Positions 1 through 9,668 of a stretch of 64,000 nucleotides of DNA are shown in pieces. The notes beneath the pieces are model-generated. The model made no database searches. It was given only the letters and a program-made list of their open reading frames with translations, and had not been told where the DNA came from. A program made the position numbers and the translations under genes. Location: the NCBI GenBank assembly GCA_963797555.1, contig CAWCPV010000007.1, forward strand, positions 192,001 to 256,000, read 5' to 3'. Within the stretch, counting starts at the first letter, position 1; every line of letters starts with the position of its first letter. The DNA is from an uncultured Gammaproteobacteria bacterium. GTDB lineage: Bacteria > Pseudomonadota > Gammaproteobacteria > CAWCPV01.

Positions 1-223
1 CTCCTCGCCGCATAGCGGAAGAAGTCCCCGCCCACGAGCTTGTGCACCACCGGGTACACGGCTCCCAGGGCGTCCGTCAGGCTCGCAAAGGTGTTGTTGC
101 GGTAAACCTGGAGCCTCTCTTGCCGCTCAGCCCCCGACCCTGTATCCGCCCAGCGAGACCGGCATCCGTCTCGCCGAACACGGACTGAGCGAAGGCGAGC
201 TGCATATCACGCGGCGAGCGCAC
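1..223 (-). CDS. DUF2063 / BufC-HvfC-like MNIO partner protein, 5' part (runs off window, one frameshift)
   Basis: Minus strand reads ...RLQVYRNNTFASLTDALGAVYPVVHKLVGGDFFRYAAR, typical of the DUF2063 N-terminus; overlaps the stop of the DUF692 gene. Confidence 0.8.
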
Positions 224-1075
224 GGCGTTCCTCCAGGCAACTTTCCGCTCGGCGGGCCTCGGCCAGCAGCACGGCGAGAGGCGGGATGTCGGCGTCCCAC
301 TCGATGAGCGTCGGAGCCGCCCCGAAGCGCTCCAGGGCGCAGCGATAGAGCGCCCAGACCGGATCGGCGACGCGCCGGCTGTGGGTGTCGATGAGAATCT
401 CTCCGTCCTCGAAGCGGTTGACGCTGTAGCCGGCCAGATGAATCTCCTGCACCGGGGCGACGGGGATGGCGTCGAGGTAGTCGTGCGCGTCGAAGCCGTG
501 GTTCGTCGCGCTGACGTAGACGTTGTTCACGTCCAGCAGGATCCCGCAGCCCGAGCGGCGGGAGACCTCGGACAGGAACTCCGCCTCGGGGATCGTAGAG
601 TCTTCATACTGCAGGTAGCTCGATACGTTCTCCACCAGTATCTGGCGACCCAGGAATTCCTGGACCTGCGCGATGCGCTCCGCCACGTGCCCGAGCGCTT
701 CCTCGGTGTAGGGCAGCGGCAGCAGATCGTTCAGGTAGCGCCCCCCACGGAGCTCCAGGACAGATGCTCCGAGACGAGGAACGGCTCGACGCGCCGCGAG
801 AGGGCACTGAGCTGCTGCAGGTGCCCCACACTCAGCGGGTCTGTGGAGCCGAGGGACAGCCCCACCCCGTGCAAGCTCACGGGATAGTGGGCGCGCACCC
901 GCTCCAAGTAATCCAGCGGCGGGCCGCCGCCGAAGTAGTTCTCGCTGTGCACCTCCAGCCATCCGACGGCTGGAAGCGTGTCCAGCACCTCGCGGTAATG
1001 GACCGCCCGGAGGCCGATCCCGGCACGCGCCGGGACCGGCTCCAGCTCGCCGCGCTTTGCATCCGGAGCGAGCAT
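207..1075 (-). CDS. DUF692 multinuclear non-heme iron oxidative enzyme (MNIO, BufB-like), frameshift near 745
   Basis: [32 protein letters not shown] in one frame; NDLLPLP, ENVSSY, LLDVNN, EIHLAG, IDTH, IEWD in the next; shift falls in a C-homopolymer. Confidence 0.9.
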
Positions 1076-1083
1076 GACCCGCC

Positions 1084-1350
1084 TCACCCCTTCTTCGGCT
1101 CCAGGCTGCCGCCCACGATCTTCTCGCAGGCCCCCTTGGGCAGATAGATCCACGACATGGGGTCGCTGTCCATCTTGACCTGCCCGGCACAGGCGTGGGT
1201 GCTGGTCTGACAGTCGTTCTTGCCGGCCTTGACGACGCCGTAACACTTCTCGGCTTTCTTCTCGGCGGCCACGGCCTGTCCGGCGCTCGCCAGGCCCAGC
1301 GCAACCACGCCAGCCATCGCGGAAATCAGAAGGGTCTTCGTGTCTCTCAT
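1084..1350 (-). CDS. DUF2282 / BufA1-type bufferin precursor peptide with signal peptide
   Basis: Signal peptide then [14 protein letters not shown]...HACAGQ...[15 protein letters not shown] (4 Cys), immediately upstream of DUF692. Confidence 0.9.
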   Translation of the reverse strand: MRDTKTLLISAMAGVVALGLASAGQAVAAEKKAEKCYGVVKAGKNDCQTSTHACAGQVKMDSDPMSWIYLPKGACEKIVGGSLEPKKG

Positions 1351-1513
1351 CGACGGTCTCCTATCAGCATCTCACTCAGGATTCAGGCTCCTTGCCCAAG
1401 GCGCCGCGCTCTGCGCGGCCTCGTCCCTGAGAACCGACCCGCGGGACGCGGGGCCTGGCCCGGCGTGCTCCCCGCGGATGGTGACAATTGTGGCGGGTCG
1501 ATCTCACGGCACG

Positions 1514-1540
1514 TTCACGAACGGATAACATTTCTGTTAC
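1514..1540 (-). promoter_or_regulatory. Putative ECF sigma (SigF/ECF16-like) promoter of the bufferin operon
   Basis: Minus strand GTAAC-N16-CGTGAA about 165 bp upstream of the precursor gene; resembles the GTAAC...CGAA motif. Confidence 0.4.
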
Positions 1541-1697
1541 GGGCGGGATCTGCGCCGTCGTCTCCGCCGGTGCCCCCAACCCCCGGCTCGGCGGGGCGCG
1601 CAGGAGCAGCAAGACGGGTCTGGTCGTGCACAGAGTTCCGCCGGGAACACCCGGCCGCGGGGTGCCCGCGCCGTGCCTTGGGAGAAGCCCCAAGCCC

Positions 1698-2489
1698 TCA
1701 GACCGGCCTGTGGCCGTGATACTCACAGAAGATGCAGCGCTTCTTGTTCTGGTGGTGAAGCTTGGCGCAAAAGACGCGCCGCGCGCCCCTCGCCCGGACG
1801 TAAACCTCGGCCGCAAGCAGCATTCCCAGCGGCGGCGCGGTGAAGTACAGCCACAGCGAGCCCCAGGCGTGGGCGGAGAAGGCCGAACCGAAGGTGCGGG
1901 CAGGGTTCATGCTCATGCCGGAGAGCGGCGCCTCGATGCTGATGTAGATCGCCACCAGGGCGCCCGCGAACAGGCCCGTGAGGTGCGCGATGCGCGCGGT
2001 GTTCGTCACGAGGAGCACCATGCTCATAAGCAGAAAGGAGATGAGCAGCTCCGCGGCGAAAGCCACCCATGGCCCCTGCGGACCAGGCATCGTCACCACA
2101 TAGTTCACCTGCATGTGGGCCACGAACCCGCGAGACAGGTAGACCATGAGGGCGACGCCCAGGGTGCCGCCGAGAAACTGGGCCAAAACGTAGAACAGAG
2201 CGTCCCAGCCCGCGACCTTGCCGAGCCGGAAGAAGGTCAGGGTCACCGCGGGATTGATGTGCGCCCCCGACTGCTTCCCCCAGGGGGAGTAGATGATGCC
2301 GATGGCGGTCAGGCCCATGGCGAGCCCGAAGATCACGCGCCGCACGACCGGATCGGGGATGAGTGGCGGGACCGGAGACCCAAGGTGCAGAAGAACGATT
2401 CCGACCAGGCAGGCCGAGACCATGAACAGGCCGAGACCCGCGCCCTCCATCAGGTACTCAGGCCAGTGCCGCTGCAGTGCATGCCACAT
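1698..2489 (-). CDS. MIP/aquaporin family protein
   Basis: Two NPA motifs (SGAHINPAVT, MNPARTFG), six hydrophobic segments, C-terminal C-x-K-L-H-H...C-I-F-C tail. Confidence 0.9.
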   Translation of the reverse strand: MWHALQRHWPEYLMEGAGLGLFMVSACLVGIVLLHLGSPVPPLIPDPVVRRVIFGLAMGLTAIGIIYSPWGKQSGAHINPAVTLTFFRLGKVAGWDALFYVLAQFLGGTLGVALMVYLSRGFVAHMQVNYVVTMPGPQGPWVAFAAELLISFLLMSMVLLVTNTARIAHLTGLFAGALVAIYISIEAPLSGMSMNPARTFGSAFSAHAWGSLWLYFTAPPLGMLLAAEVYVRARGARRVFCAKLHHQNKKRCIFCEYHGHRPV

Positions 2490-2597
2490 GTTGAAACCTC
2501 CGCACGGAGAACCCCAGGAGGCGGCGCCATCATCCGGCTGCGGCTGCGAAGCAGGCCTGCGCTGCCATGGTGTCCGCCTGGCGGCGTCTCCGATCCC

Positions 2598-4215
2598 TCA
2601 GTCGGGGCGGATTCCTGGCGTGTTCATACGCATCCGGTACAGCCCCGTCTGCGCCGCGAGATAGAGCGTCTTGCCGTCGGCATCTCCCCAGGCGAGGTTG
2701 TGGGGATGCTCGGGCCCACGCAGCGTGCCGAGATGTTTGCCTTCGGGGGAGAGGATCCACAGGCCGCCGGGCCCCGACACATAGAGGTTGCCGAGCCGGT
2801 CCACCTTGATGCCGTCGATGGCGTCCTCACCGGGCTGGGCCGTCATGTCGAAGAACACCTCTCCCGCGCCCAACGTGCCGTCGGGTTTCACGGGATAGCG
2901 CATGACCACCTTGCGCTTCGGGTCCCAGTCCCCTACGTACAGGTAGCTCTCGTCGGGCGAGAACGCGATGCCGTTGGGGCCGGCCAGATCCCGGGCGACC
3001 ATATCGACCTTGCCGTTGCGCACGCGGAACACGCCGCTGAACGGGAGTTCCTTACGGCGATCGTCGAAGAATTTGGGCAGCCCGAAGGGCGGGTCGGTGA
3101 CGTAGAGGTCGCCATTGGAACGGTAGACGAGGTCGTTCGGGCTGTTCAGCCGCTTGCCCTGATAGCGGTCGGCGAGCACGGTGAGCACACCGTTCTTCTC
3201 CAGGCGAGTGACCCGTCGGTTGCCGTGCTCGTTGATGGTGAGCCGGTGCTCCCGGTCCAGGGTCAGGCCGTTGGAGCCCGGCTGGCCATACTCGACGATG
3301 TCGAAGCCGGTATAGCCGCTCTTCGGGCGGAAGATGAACAGCTCGCCCTGCGGTGTCCAGCGGTAAATGATGTTGTCGTTGGGGTCGCTGAACAGCAGGT
3401 AGCCGTCCGGGTGCCACACCGGCCCCTCGGTAAACTGGAAGCCTTCGGCCAGCTTCTCCAGCTTGGGATTCTCGGGAACGATCGCATCCAGCGCCTTATC
3501 GAGGCGGACCACCTCCACGGGAACGGACACTCCCACCCCAGCGTGTTCCGGTCCATAGAAGTCCAGGGTTGCGGAGCGCACCCAGATGAAGTTCCCGGGC
3601 GGATCGGACAGCGGACCATTGACGCCGGACACCGCGAGCTGGATGCGTTGGCCCGGCTTGAGGTCGCGACCGATGACCACGCAGTTCGGGGCGTTGTAGC
3701 CACGCACGAGCCCACCTCCGGTCTGCCCCAAGACCTGCGGCAGGCGGCCGTCCACCCAGACCTCGGCGTAGTCGTCGACCACGATCTCGAAGACCGCGGT
3801 AGAGCCGGTGGTGCCGAACCGCCCGATGCGCTCCGGGATGGTGATGGCGGTGCGGTACCAGTTGAAGCTGAGCCGCCCGGTTCCGCGGCGCCCATCGAGT
3901 GCGGCGGGATCCAGCACTTCCCAGCCCGAATCGTCGAAGCCGACCGCTCCGGCGCGGGGGACCACGTCGTGAGTCCTATTGGGCGGGGCCGCTCGGCTTC
4001 AGGTCCGGACCGGGGCTGTGGTGCGCGACGTCGACCACCTGCGCCTCGCTGTAACGCCACTGCCCCTTCACGAGAGCGACACCTGCCGCGCTGCGCAGGT
4101 CGACCGTCGCGTCCGGCCGGTGGTCGAGGGCACTCAAAGACCTCGGGGCCGCGCAGCAGGCGGCCGGCAGACCAAGCGCTGCGGCCGTGAGCAGCAGTGC
4201 GAGGGCGCGGCTCAC
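2598..4215 (-). CDS. SMP-30/gluconolactonase family lipoprotein with N-terminal extra domain (frameshift near 3975)
   Basis: FTEGPVW, GSNGLT, LNSPNDL, PNGIAFSPDE, DGIKVD motifs; signal peptide starts at GTG 4215 after GGAGG in another frame. Confidence 0.85.
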
Positions 4216-4449
4216 GACGCACCTCCCGCGGAGATCGGCTTCACCACGAAGTACAGCGATGTGGCACTTCTGCGCCGCCAACGGCCGGGCTATCTGCAAC
4301 GGCCGGAACATCGACGACAGGCGGCGGTGCCAATTGGCAACGTGTCCGGTCTAACCCCTGTGCGGGCGGGTGGCATTGCGGCCGGGCAAGGCAAGCCGGT
4401 GAGGGGTGCGACCTAGACGAAAAGCATCCCTCCCGAGTCTCCCTGACGT

Positions 4450-4518
4450 GAACCGATCGGTGCGGACCCGCATGCCATGGTGCTGTGGGGCTGGGGTGAA
4501 ACACCCCCGGCTACCGAT
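4450..4518 (+). mobile_element. Group II (class C-like) intron 3' end, domains V-VI, orphan
   Basis: GAACCGATCGGTGCGGACCCGCATGCCATGGTGCTGTGGGGCTGGGG...CCCCCGGCTACCGAT matches the IIC dV/dVI pattern; followed by TGGGC. Confidence 0.7.
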
Positions 4519-4525
4519 TGGGCAC

Positions 4526-4885
4526 TCAAAACGTAATACATTTATCCCTTTCCAAAATAGCGGACATATAGTCCGACGTTCCCTTAATAACTGCCCCTTC
4601 GACTAAATCGGCAGATACAATCTGTCTTCCTGTAGCACACGCACTACATACCCAAATCTGGACTCCGGCGCTCTGAATCACAGCCAACAAATCCTTGAGT
4701 GGCGGCAGATTCACTGCAATCACATGGTTGGCGACCCCAATCTTGGCAAGGATCACGGCCTCATTCCAAAGCCATAGAACCACATCATGTCCTTGTTCCT
4801 TGGCTGCCTTGGCAACCATGAAGGGAAGCGTCGCCATTGTTGGATCATCCGTTCCCCGAGTTCCGGAAATAATGAATGTCGTCAT
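4526..4885 (-). CDS. DsrE/DsrF-like protein
   Basis: GTDDPTMATLPF..AKAAKEQGHDVVLWLWNEAV...WVCSACATGR; ATG 4885 after GGAGG; lower GC than flanks. Confidence 0.8.
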   Translation of the reverse strand: MTTFIISGTRGTDDPTMATLPFMVAKAAKEQGHDVVLWLWNEAVILAKIGVANHVIAVNLPPLKDLLAVIQSAGVQIWVCSACATGRQIVSADLVEGAVIKGTSDYMSAILERDKCITF

Positions 4886-5078
4886 AACGTTGTTACCTCC
4901 CTTCGTCTTAGCCATCGTCTTCCCAACCGGATCGGGTCCGAGGTTCTGACCGCTCGCCTCTGGTGTCGCCGTCTGCTCCTTTGGAAGCTGGACCAACCGA
5001 CCTCGCGGCACCGTCCAGCGGCGCGTTCGCCCCGCTCCCGACCTGTCCCTGCGGGGTTTACTCCCATTGTCACGGGAA

Positions 5079-5395
5079 GTCAATGTCACCACCGGCTACA
5101 AGCCGGTGGCTTGAGTTGGGCACTGTAAGTGCCGGTTCCGGCTGAAGCCCGCTGCAAACCACCCGCCCCAAGGCGGTTCATTGCGACTCCAAGTCGCCCC
5201 CCTCAACGACCTGAAACCGATCTTCGGTCCTCTGCCCAACATCGCCGCGCAACACCCCCTTGTGGTACTTGGTACACTACACCAAGTGCACGTGCAGCCG
5301 AAAAACCGAGTGCGTCCCTCGCCTATAAGCGCTCATCCCCCTAAGCTACAAGGGCAGGCCCAAAGCTTCCAGCTCAAGCTGGGGGTTTGAACCCT
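5079..5395 (-). mobile_element. Miniature, internally deleted IS200-family element
   Basis: End hairpins AAACCCCCAGCTTGAGCTGG and AAGCCACCGGCTTGTAGCCGGTGG; remnant ORF 5336-5178 MSAYRRGTHSVFRLHVHLV*CTKYHKGVLRGDVGQR (TnpA N-terminus) joined to a C-terminal stub. Confidence 0.75.
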
Positions 5396-5492
5396 CCCAT
5401 GGGGTGACAATCAATAGGAAATTTTCCCGTTTTTCGGTTCGCTGCGGAAGGTAAGATCTGACTCCGGCACCGCATAACCACGATGGGCACCC

Positions 5493-6410
5493 ATGAGCAA
5501 GAAGAAGTCGCACCAGCATCTCTTCAATGAGGAATGGGTAAAACAAGCCAGCGCCGATCGGAACCCAGCTTCATGGGCCACCCGGGCACTCGATGACTCC
5601 ACCGGGGGGCAGGTCTACCTAGCCACCTTGGAGCAATGGTTTGATGCGTACCCGTTGAAGACGGACGATAAGAGTCAGATGGCCGGTCGGCTTCGGAACC
5701 TAAAAGAAAATGAGGCTCACCTCGGTGCCGTGAATGAACTAGTGTGGTGGCAATTGATGAAACGGATGGACTGGAAAGCTGAACCCGTGCCCTGTAAGAA
5801 AGGAGTTTACACGCCAGACTTTCTGGTTCGGCATCCTCACAGATTGCATGTGGAGGTCACCACTGAGAACGTGTCGGCTAAAGATCGCGCCGACGTACGG
5901 CCCTTAGATCACAAAGAAACGGCGCGGAGGTTGCTCAATATCGTTTGTGGCAAGAAAGGCCAGCTTTGCGCCGCAGCAGCCGAAGGCCAGCCGATCGCCC
6001 TCGCCGTCTTCGACTATACGGCATGGAGTGGCTTTGGGGCGGAGGTGGCGCGGGGTATTGCAGAGTATGTGGTATGTCCAGACAGGCTCAACGCCACGAT
6101 CCCGGCCGAAGCATCGGCCATCGTGTTCGTACTCTCGCAGTTCGACGGTGAGCGGTTCAGGGTCAGCGTAGATCAGTCGGCCGTGTACCATAACCCCGTA
6201 GCCACGCATCCCCTGCCCGAATCAGTCTTCTCCTGGTTCCCCAATACCGGTTTACAGCCGAGCGTCTCTCCCCGACCGCCCCCGCATGGATATGCTTATA
6301 GTGGCTACGAGGGGGGGAACGTGGTCGAGCTCGGCCTGGGATCGAGCGTGGAATGTTGGCCTGCCGGGAAACCTGTCCGCAGCACGCACCGAAAGTCGTC
6401 CCAACCGTAG
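5493..6410 (+). CDS. Hypothetical protein, possible restriction-endonuclease-like (PD-(D/E)xK) fold
   Basis: 305 aa ORF, lower GC; E...TPDFLV....HVEVT spacing resembles PD-(D/E)xK nucleases. Confidence 0.6.
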   Translation: MSKKKSHQHLFNEEWVKQASADRNPASWATRALDDSTGGQVYLATLEQWFDAYPLKTDDKSQMAGRLRNLKENEAHLGAVNELVWWQLMKRMDWKAEPVPCKKGVYTPDFLVRHPHRLHVEVTTENVSAKDRADVRPLDHKETARRLLNIVCGKKGQLCAAAAEGQPIALAVFDYTAWSGFGAEVARGIAEYVVCPDRLNATIPAEASAIVFVLSQFDGERFRVSVDQSAVYHNPVATHPLPESVFSWFPNTGLQPSVSPRPPPHGYAYSGYEGGNVVELGLGSSVECWPAGKPVRSTHRKSSQP

Positions 6411-6463
6411 CTGTCCGCCGGGCGCAGCCAGGGGCGGGAACGTGCTTTGCTGGCTTCTTCCGT

Positions 6464-6824
6464 TCACCCAGGTCGGGGCTGATCTGTCGCGCCGGCTGAC
6501 ACCTTCAACACGAGGTTGTTGACGTGTTCTCGGATCGGCTCAATGCCCTGGGCATCGTAGTCTTCTCGCGTTGGGCGAATGACGTACTTGATTCGAGAGG
6601 CTTCGTCTGTGGGCGGATTCGGGCGATCCCACGGCCGCTTCGGCAGGTTGTCTCCCCTGACGCGATGTGTCTTCCATGCCCATTCTCCCTGGACCTCCCC
6701 GTCTTTCCAGTGGTGGGCGAGGCGCGTAATAGGGTCCCATATCCATTGCACCTCCCAGTCAGCCTGAACCGGTCGACAGTCAACTTCTGCGCCATGATGA
6801 GGTAAAAGGACGGCCATAGCGTAC
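6464..6824 (-). pseudogene. 3' fragment of hypothetical gene, truncated by the IS66-type element
   Basis: Trp-rich ORF running up to the IS terminal inverted repeat at 6825. Confidence 0.4.
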
Positions 6825-6941
6825 GTAACCGTTCACCCCCCTGGAATATTTTGACCCGGAGGGCTGGACAAAACGGTTCCAGCGTGAGACAGTTGGGTGC
6901 CCTTGGCAGGATGTTCCTCGACCTCACTGTCACACACAATC

Positions 6942-8510
6942 ATGGTGCTCAAGGAGCACGACCTTCGTCAGCTCAGCGAGGAGCGCATTCTGGAGCTGAG
7001 GCAGAAGGATCCCGATGCGCTGGCAGCGCTGAGCATCCGCCTGCTGCAGGATCTCAAGGAAGCGTGGGAGCGGCTCAATCAGAGTCCCTCCAATAGCTCT
7101 CGTCCGCCGAGCAGTCAAGACCCCTGGCTGCGTGCGCGGGAGGACGAAGAGGCCGACGCCGGTCCTGAGGACGAGGAGGCCAAGAGCCGTTCTGAGGAGG
7201 ATGGCCTCCCCGGGGCTGGCGGCCAGAAGGGCGCAAAGGACACGAGTGGCAAGACCTCAGGGACGCAGCGCCGAGCGGGCCGGCAGCCTGGCTCCCAGGG
7301 ATTCGGGCGCGCCCAGAAGCTGACAGTCACCGATTGGGACCATCATCGGCCGGGAAGTTGTGCGCTGTGTGGTGGGGCGCTCAATCCTGAGCAGGCGAAG
7401 CCCTACACCGCCTTTGATAGGCTGGACTTGGTCTTTGGCGATGAGCAGGCGCCGGGGCTGCGCCTGACCTGCACGCGGCAGGTATACTACCAGAGCCGTT
7501 GCGACTGTGGTCATGAGACCCGGCAGGCGCCGCACCGCGCGCCCGAGCACTTGGGATGCTGGCGAGGGGTGGAGCTTGGCGAGTGGCGCCTGGTGGGGCC
7601 GGGATTGTGCGCCTTCATCGTCTGGCTGCGGTTTCGGATGCGCCTGTCCATCCGCCTGGTCCGGGAGTTCCTGCACGAGGTGTTTGGGCTGGCGCTCGGC
7701 ATCGGCACCCTCCACCAATGCGTGATGGAGACCGCCCGTGCCTGCGAGCCGGTCGAGGATGAGCTGGTGACCCAGTTGCTGGAAGCGGCCCTCATGCATG
7801 CCGATGAGACACCGCACAAGCAATGGGGAGAGCCCTTGTGGTTATGGGTGTTCATCTCGGCCTCGACGGCGCTGTTCTTGGTCGGCTCTCGCGCCAAAGA
7901 GATGTTTCAGAACCTCATCGAGGATCTCTTCTGCGGCTATCTGATGAGCGATGGGTACCAGGTCTATCGGGACTATGCCAAGCGCCTGCGTTGCTGGGCG
8001 CATCTCATTCGCAAGGCCCGGGGCCTGAGGGATTGCCTCTCGCCCACCCTCCAGGGCTACGGCCAGGCGGTCTATGACCTGCTCGATGCGCTGATGCAGG
8101 CCGTCTATCACGCCCGCGAGGGACCGGGCGGCTCCCTGCGGCAAGCCCACCCGGGCGAGCTCAACGAGCTCACGGCCCTGTGTGAACGCATGAGCTGCTG
8201 CCCTTATGACAAGGCCCAGGCGCTGGGCAAGGAGCTGCTCAACGACTGGGGGGCGATCTTCCGGGTGTTGGATGAGCCTCAGCTGCCGCTGACCAACAAC
8301 GTGGCGGAGCGGGCGCTGCGTCACTGGGTGATTCTGCGTCGCATCAGCCAGGGGACCCGCAGCGAACAAGGCAGCCGGGCGCTGGCGCTGCTCGCCAGTG
8401 TGATCGAGACTTCTCGGCTGCGATTGAGCTCCCCGCTGTGCTATCTCAGAGATGTCCTCGCCCACCGACGCCGCGGCTTTGAGGCACCGCCGCTTCCTGC
8501 GCCCGCTTGA
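6942..8510 (+). CDS. IS66 family DDE transposase
   Basis: NSSRPPS, CALCG Zn ribbon, HADET, MSDGY, RCWAHL, TNNVAERALR motifs. Confidence 0.92.
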   Translation: MVLKEHDLRQLSEERILELRQKDPDALAALSIRLLQDLKEAWERLNQSPSNSSRPPSSQDPWLRAREDEEADAGPEDEEAKSRSEEDGLPGAGGQKGAKDTSGKTSGTQRRAGRQPGSQGFGRAQKLTVTDWDHHRPGSCALCGGALNPEQAKPYTAFDRLDLVFGDEQAPGLRLTCTRQVYYQSRCDCGHETRQAPHRAPEHLGCWRGVELGEWRLVGPGLCAFIVWLRFRMRLSIRLVREFLHEVFGLALGIGTLHQCVMETARACEPVEDELVTQLLEAALMHADETPHKQWGEPLWLWVFISASTALFLVGSRAKEMFQNLIEDLFCGYLMSDGYQVYRDYAKRLRCWAHLIRKARGLRDCLSPTLQGYGQAVYDLLDALMQAVYHAREGPGGSLRQAHPGELNELTALCERMSCCPYDKAQALGKELLNDWGAIFRVLDEPQLPLTNNVAERALRHWVILRRISQGTRSEQGSRALALLASVIETSRLRLSSPLCYLRDVLAHRRRGFEAPPLPAPA

Positions 8511-8512
8511 GT

Positions 8513-9422
8513 TCAGCGCTCACCGCGCAGGCGCTCTCTGGCCTGCGGGTGCAGAGCGTAGAGGAAGACCCGCTTTATCGCTCTGCCATGGCGTTGGTGC
8601 GCACGGTCCATGCGCCCGCGTCCGCTGGTCTCGCCCACCTCGCACCAGTTGGCCGCCCGGTAGCAGGTCCCGGCAAAGCGGGCCGGGTCCACCAGGGTCT
8701 CCAGCAGCCAGGGACGCAGCCCATAGTGGCGCTCCCAATCCCCTACGATGCGCCGGCTGCCCAAGGCCAGCACGTGGCTCGCCAGATGAGGCACTTTCAC
8801 CCAGGGCAGAATCAGGAAGCGCCCCTGATTGACGATGCGTGCGAGGTGCGCTTTGCGCGCTCTCTCGTCCCAGCCGAATCCACGCATCGCGGGCCTGCAT
8901 GCGCCAGGCCGGGCTGGTGTAGGTGAGCCCGCCCAACACCTCCCCCTCCCGGCGCTGGGAGCAGATGAGATAGACCAACTGGGCCCCAAAGGGTGTGGCA
9001 TAGCCCAAGTAGTGATAGCGCGCGAGAAGCTCGCGCCACAATGCCCGTCCCTCGGCCTGGCGCACTAACTGAAGCTCCACCGGGGCCACCTCCTGCAGCG
9101 CACCGGCAATCTCGCCGCGGCGTTCGCCCCGATCGGTCTGCGCAGTGCAGGTGCGCCGCCCCTTGGGCCTGCCCGTGCGCTTGGCGGGAAGCCTCAGATC
9201 CCCCCGAGCTTCCAACCGCTCCAGTAGATCCCGACCCTCGCGGGACTTCAGGGCTCCGTTGTCCCGTCTCCACCCCAGCAGCTCACAGATGGTCTGCGCC
9301 AGCTCAAAACGACTCAGGCCCACGCACATCGACACCATTCGGACGATGGCGGAGATCTCCTCTTCGGTAAAGCTCCGGCCGCTCGCCGTGATCGCCTGCG
9401 GAATAGAGGGCTCTTGATCCAT
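8513..9422 (-). CDS. DUF4338 / DruA-like protein (frameshift near 8875)
   Basis: RYHYLGY..PFGAQLVY, AWRMQARDAWIGW, NQGRFLILPWV..PHLASHVL, ETLVDP.RF.GTCYRAANW..VGETSGRGR. Confidence 0.85.
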
Positions 9423-9668
9423 GAGCCGGGAGTGTACGACAAGCCGAGCGGCTCTGCTGCGCTGGACGCGCTCTTAACGCATCGATCAACTGGTGGGAGG
9501 GTCTGAACGGTTACTCGATGAGTCGTTCTACGATTGGCAGCCTCGTAATGGCGAGTTTACCGGACCGAGTGCCGCCGCGCACGAAACCGAATTCAACAAA
9601 GAAAATCAAGGCGACACCCGAGTCGGTGTTTAGCGTCGCGTAGGGCTGACTGAGCGGAGAAAACCATA

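Larger units (their letters stand above)
6825..9514. mobile_element. IS66-type element carrying transposase plus convergent DUF4338 gene
   Basis: Terminal inverted repeats GTAACCGTTCA (6825) and TGAACGGTTAC (ends 9514); no obvious TSD. Confidence 0.85.

Noticed and set aside
1488-4190. 900-aa plus-strand ORF and similar long shadow ORFs (27953-30046, 29540-31462, 48043-49413, 55251-56636)
   Set aside because: Antisense or off-frame shadows of real high-GC genes with Arg/Pro/Ala-rich composition
4930-5115. HEARO/omegaRNA of an IscB element
   Set aside because: The hairpin is better explained as the right end of the mini-IS200 on the minus strand; no iscB or tnpB
8513-9422. Complete Druantia defence system
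   Set aside because: Only DUF4338 is present, inside IS ends; no DruE helicase or other dru genes
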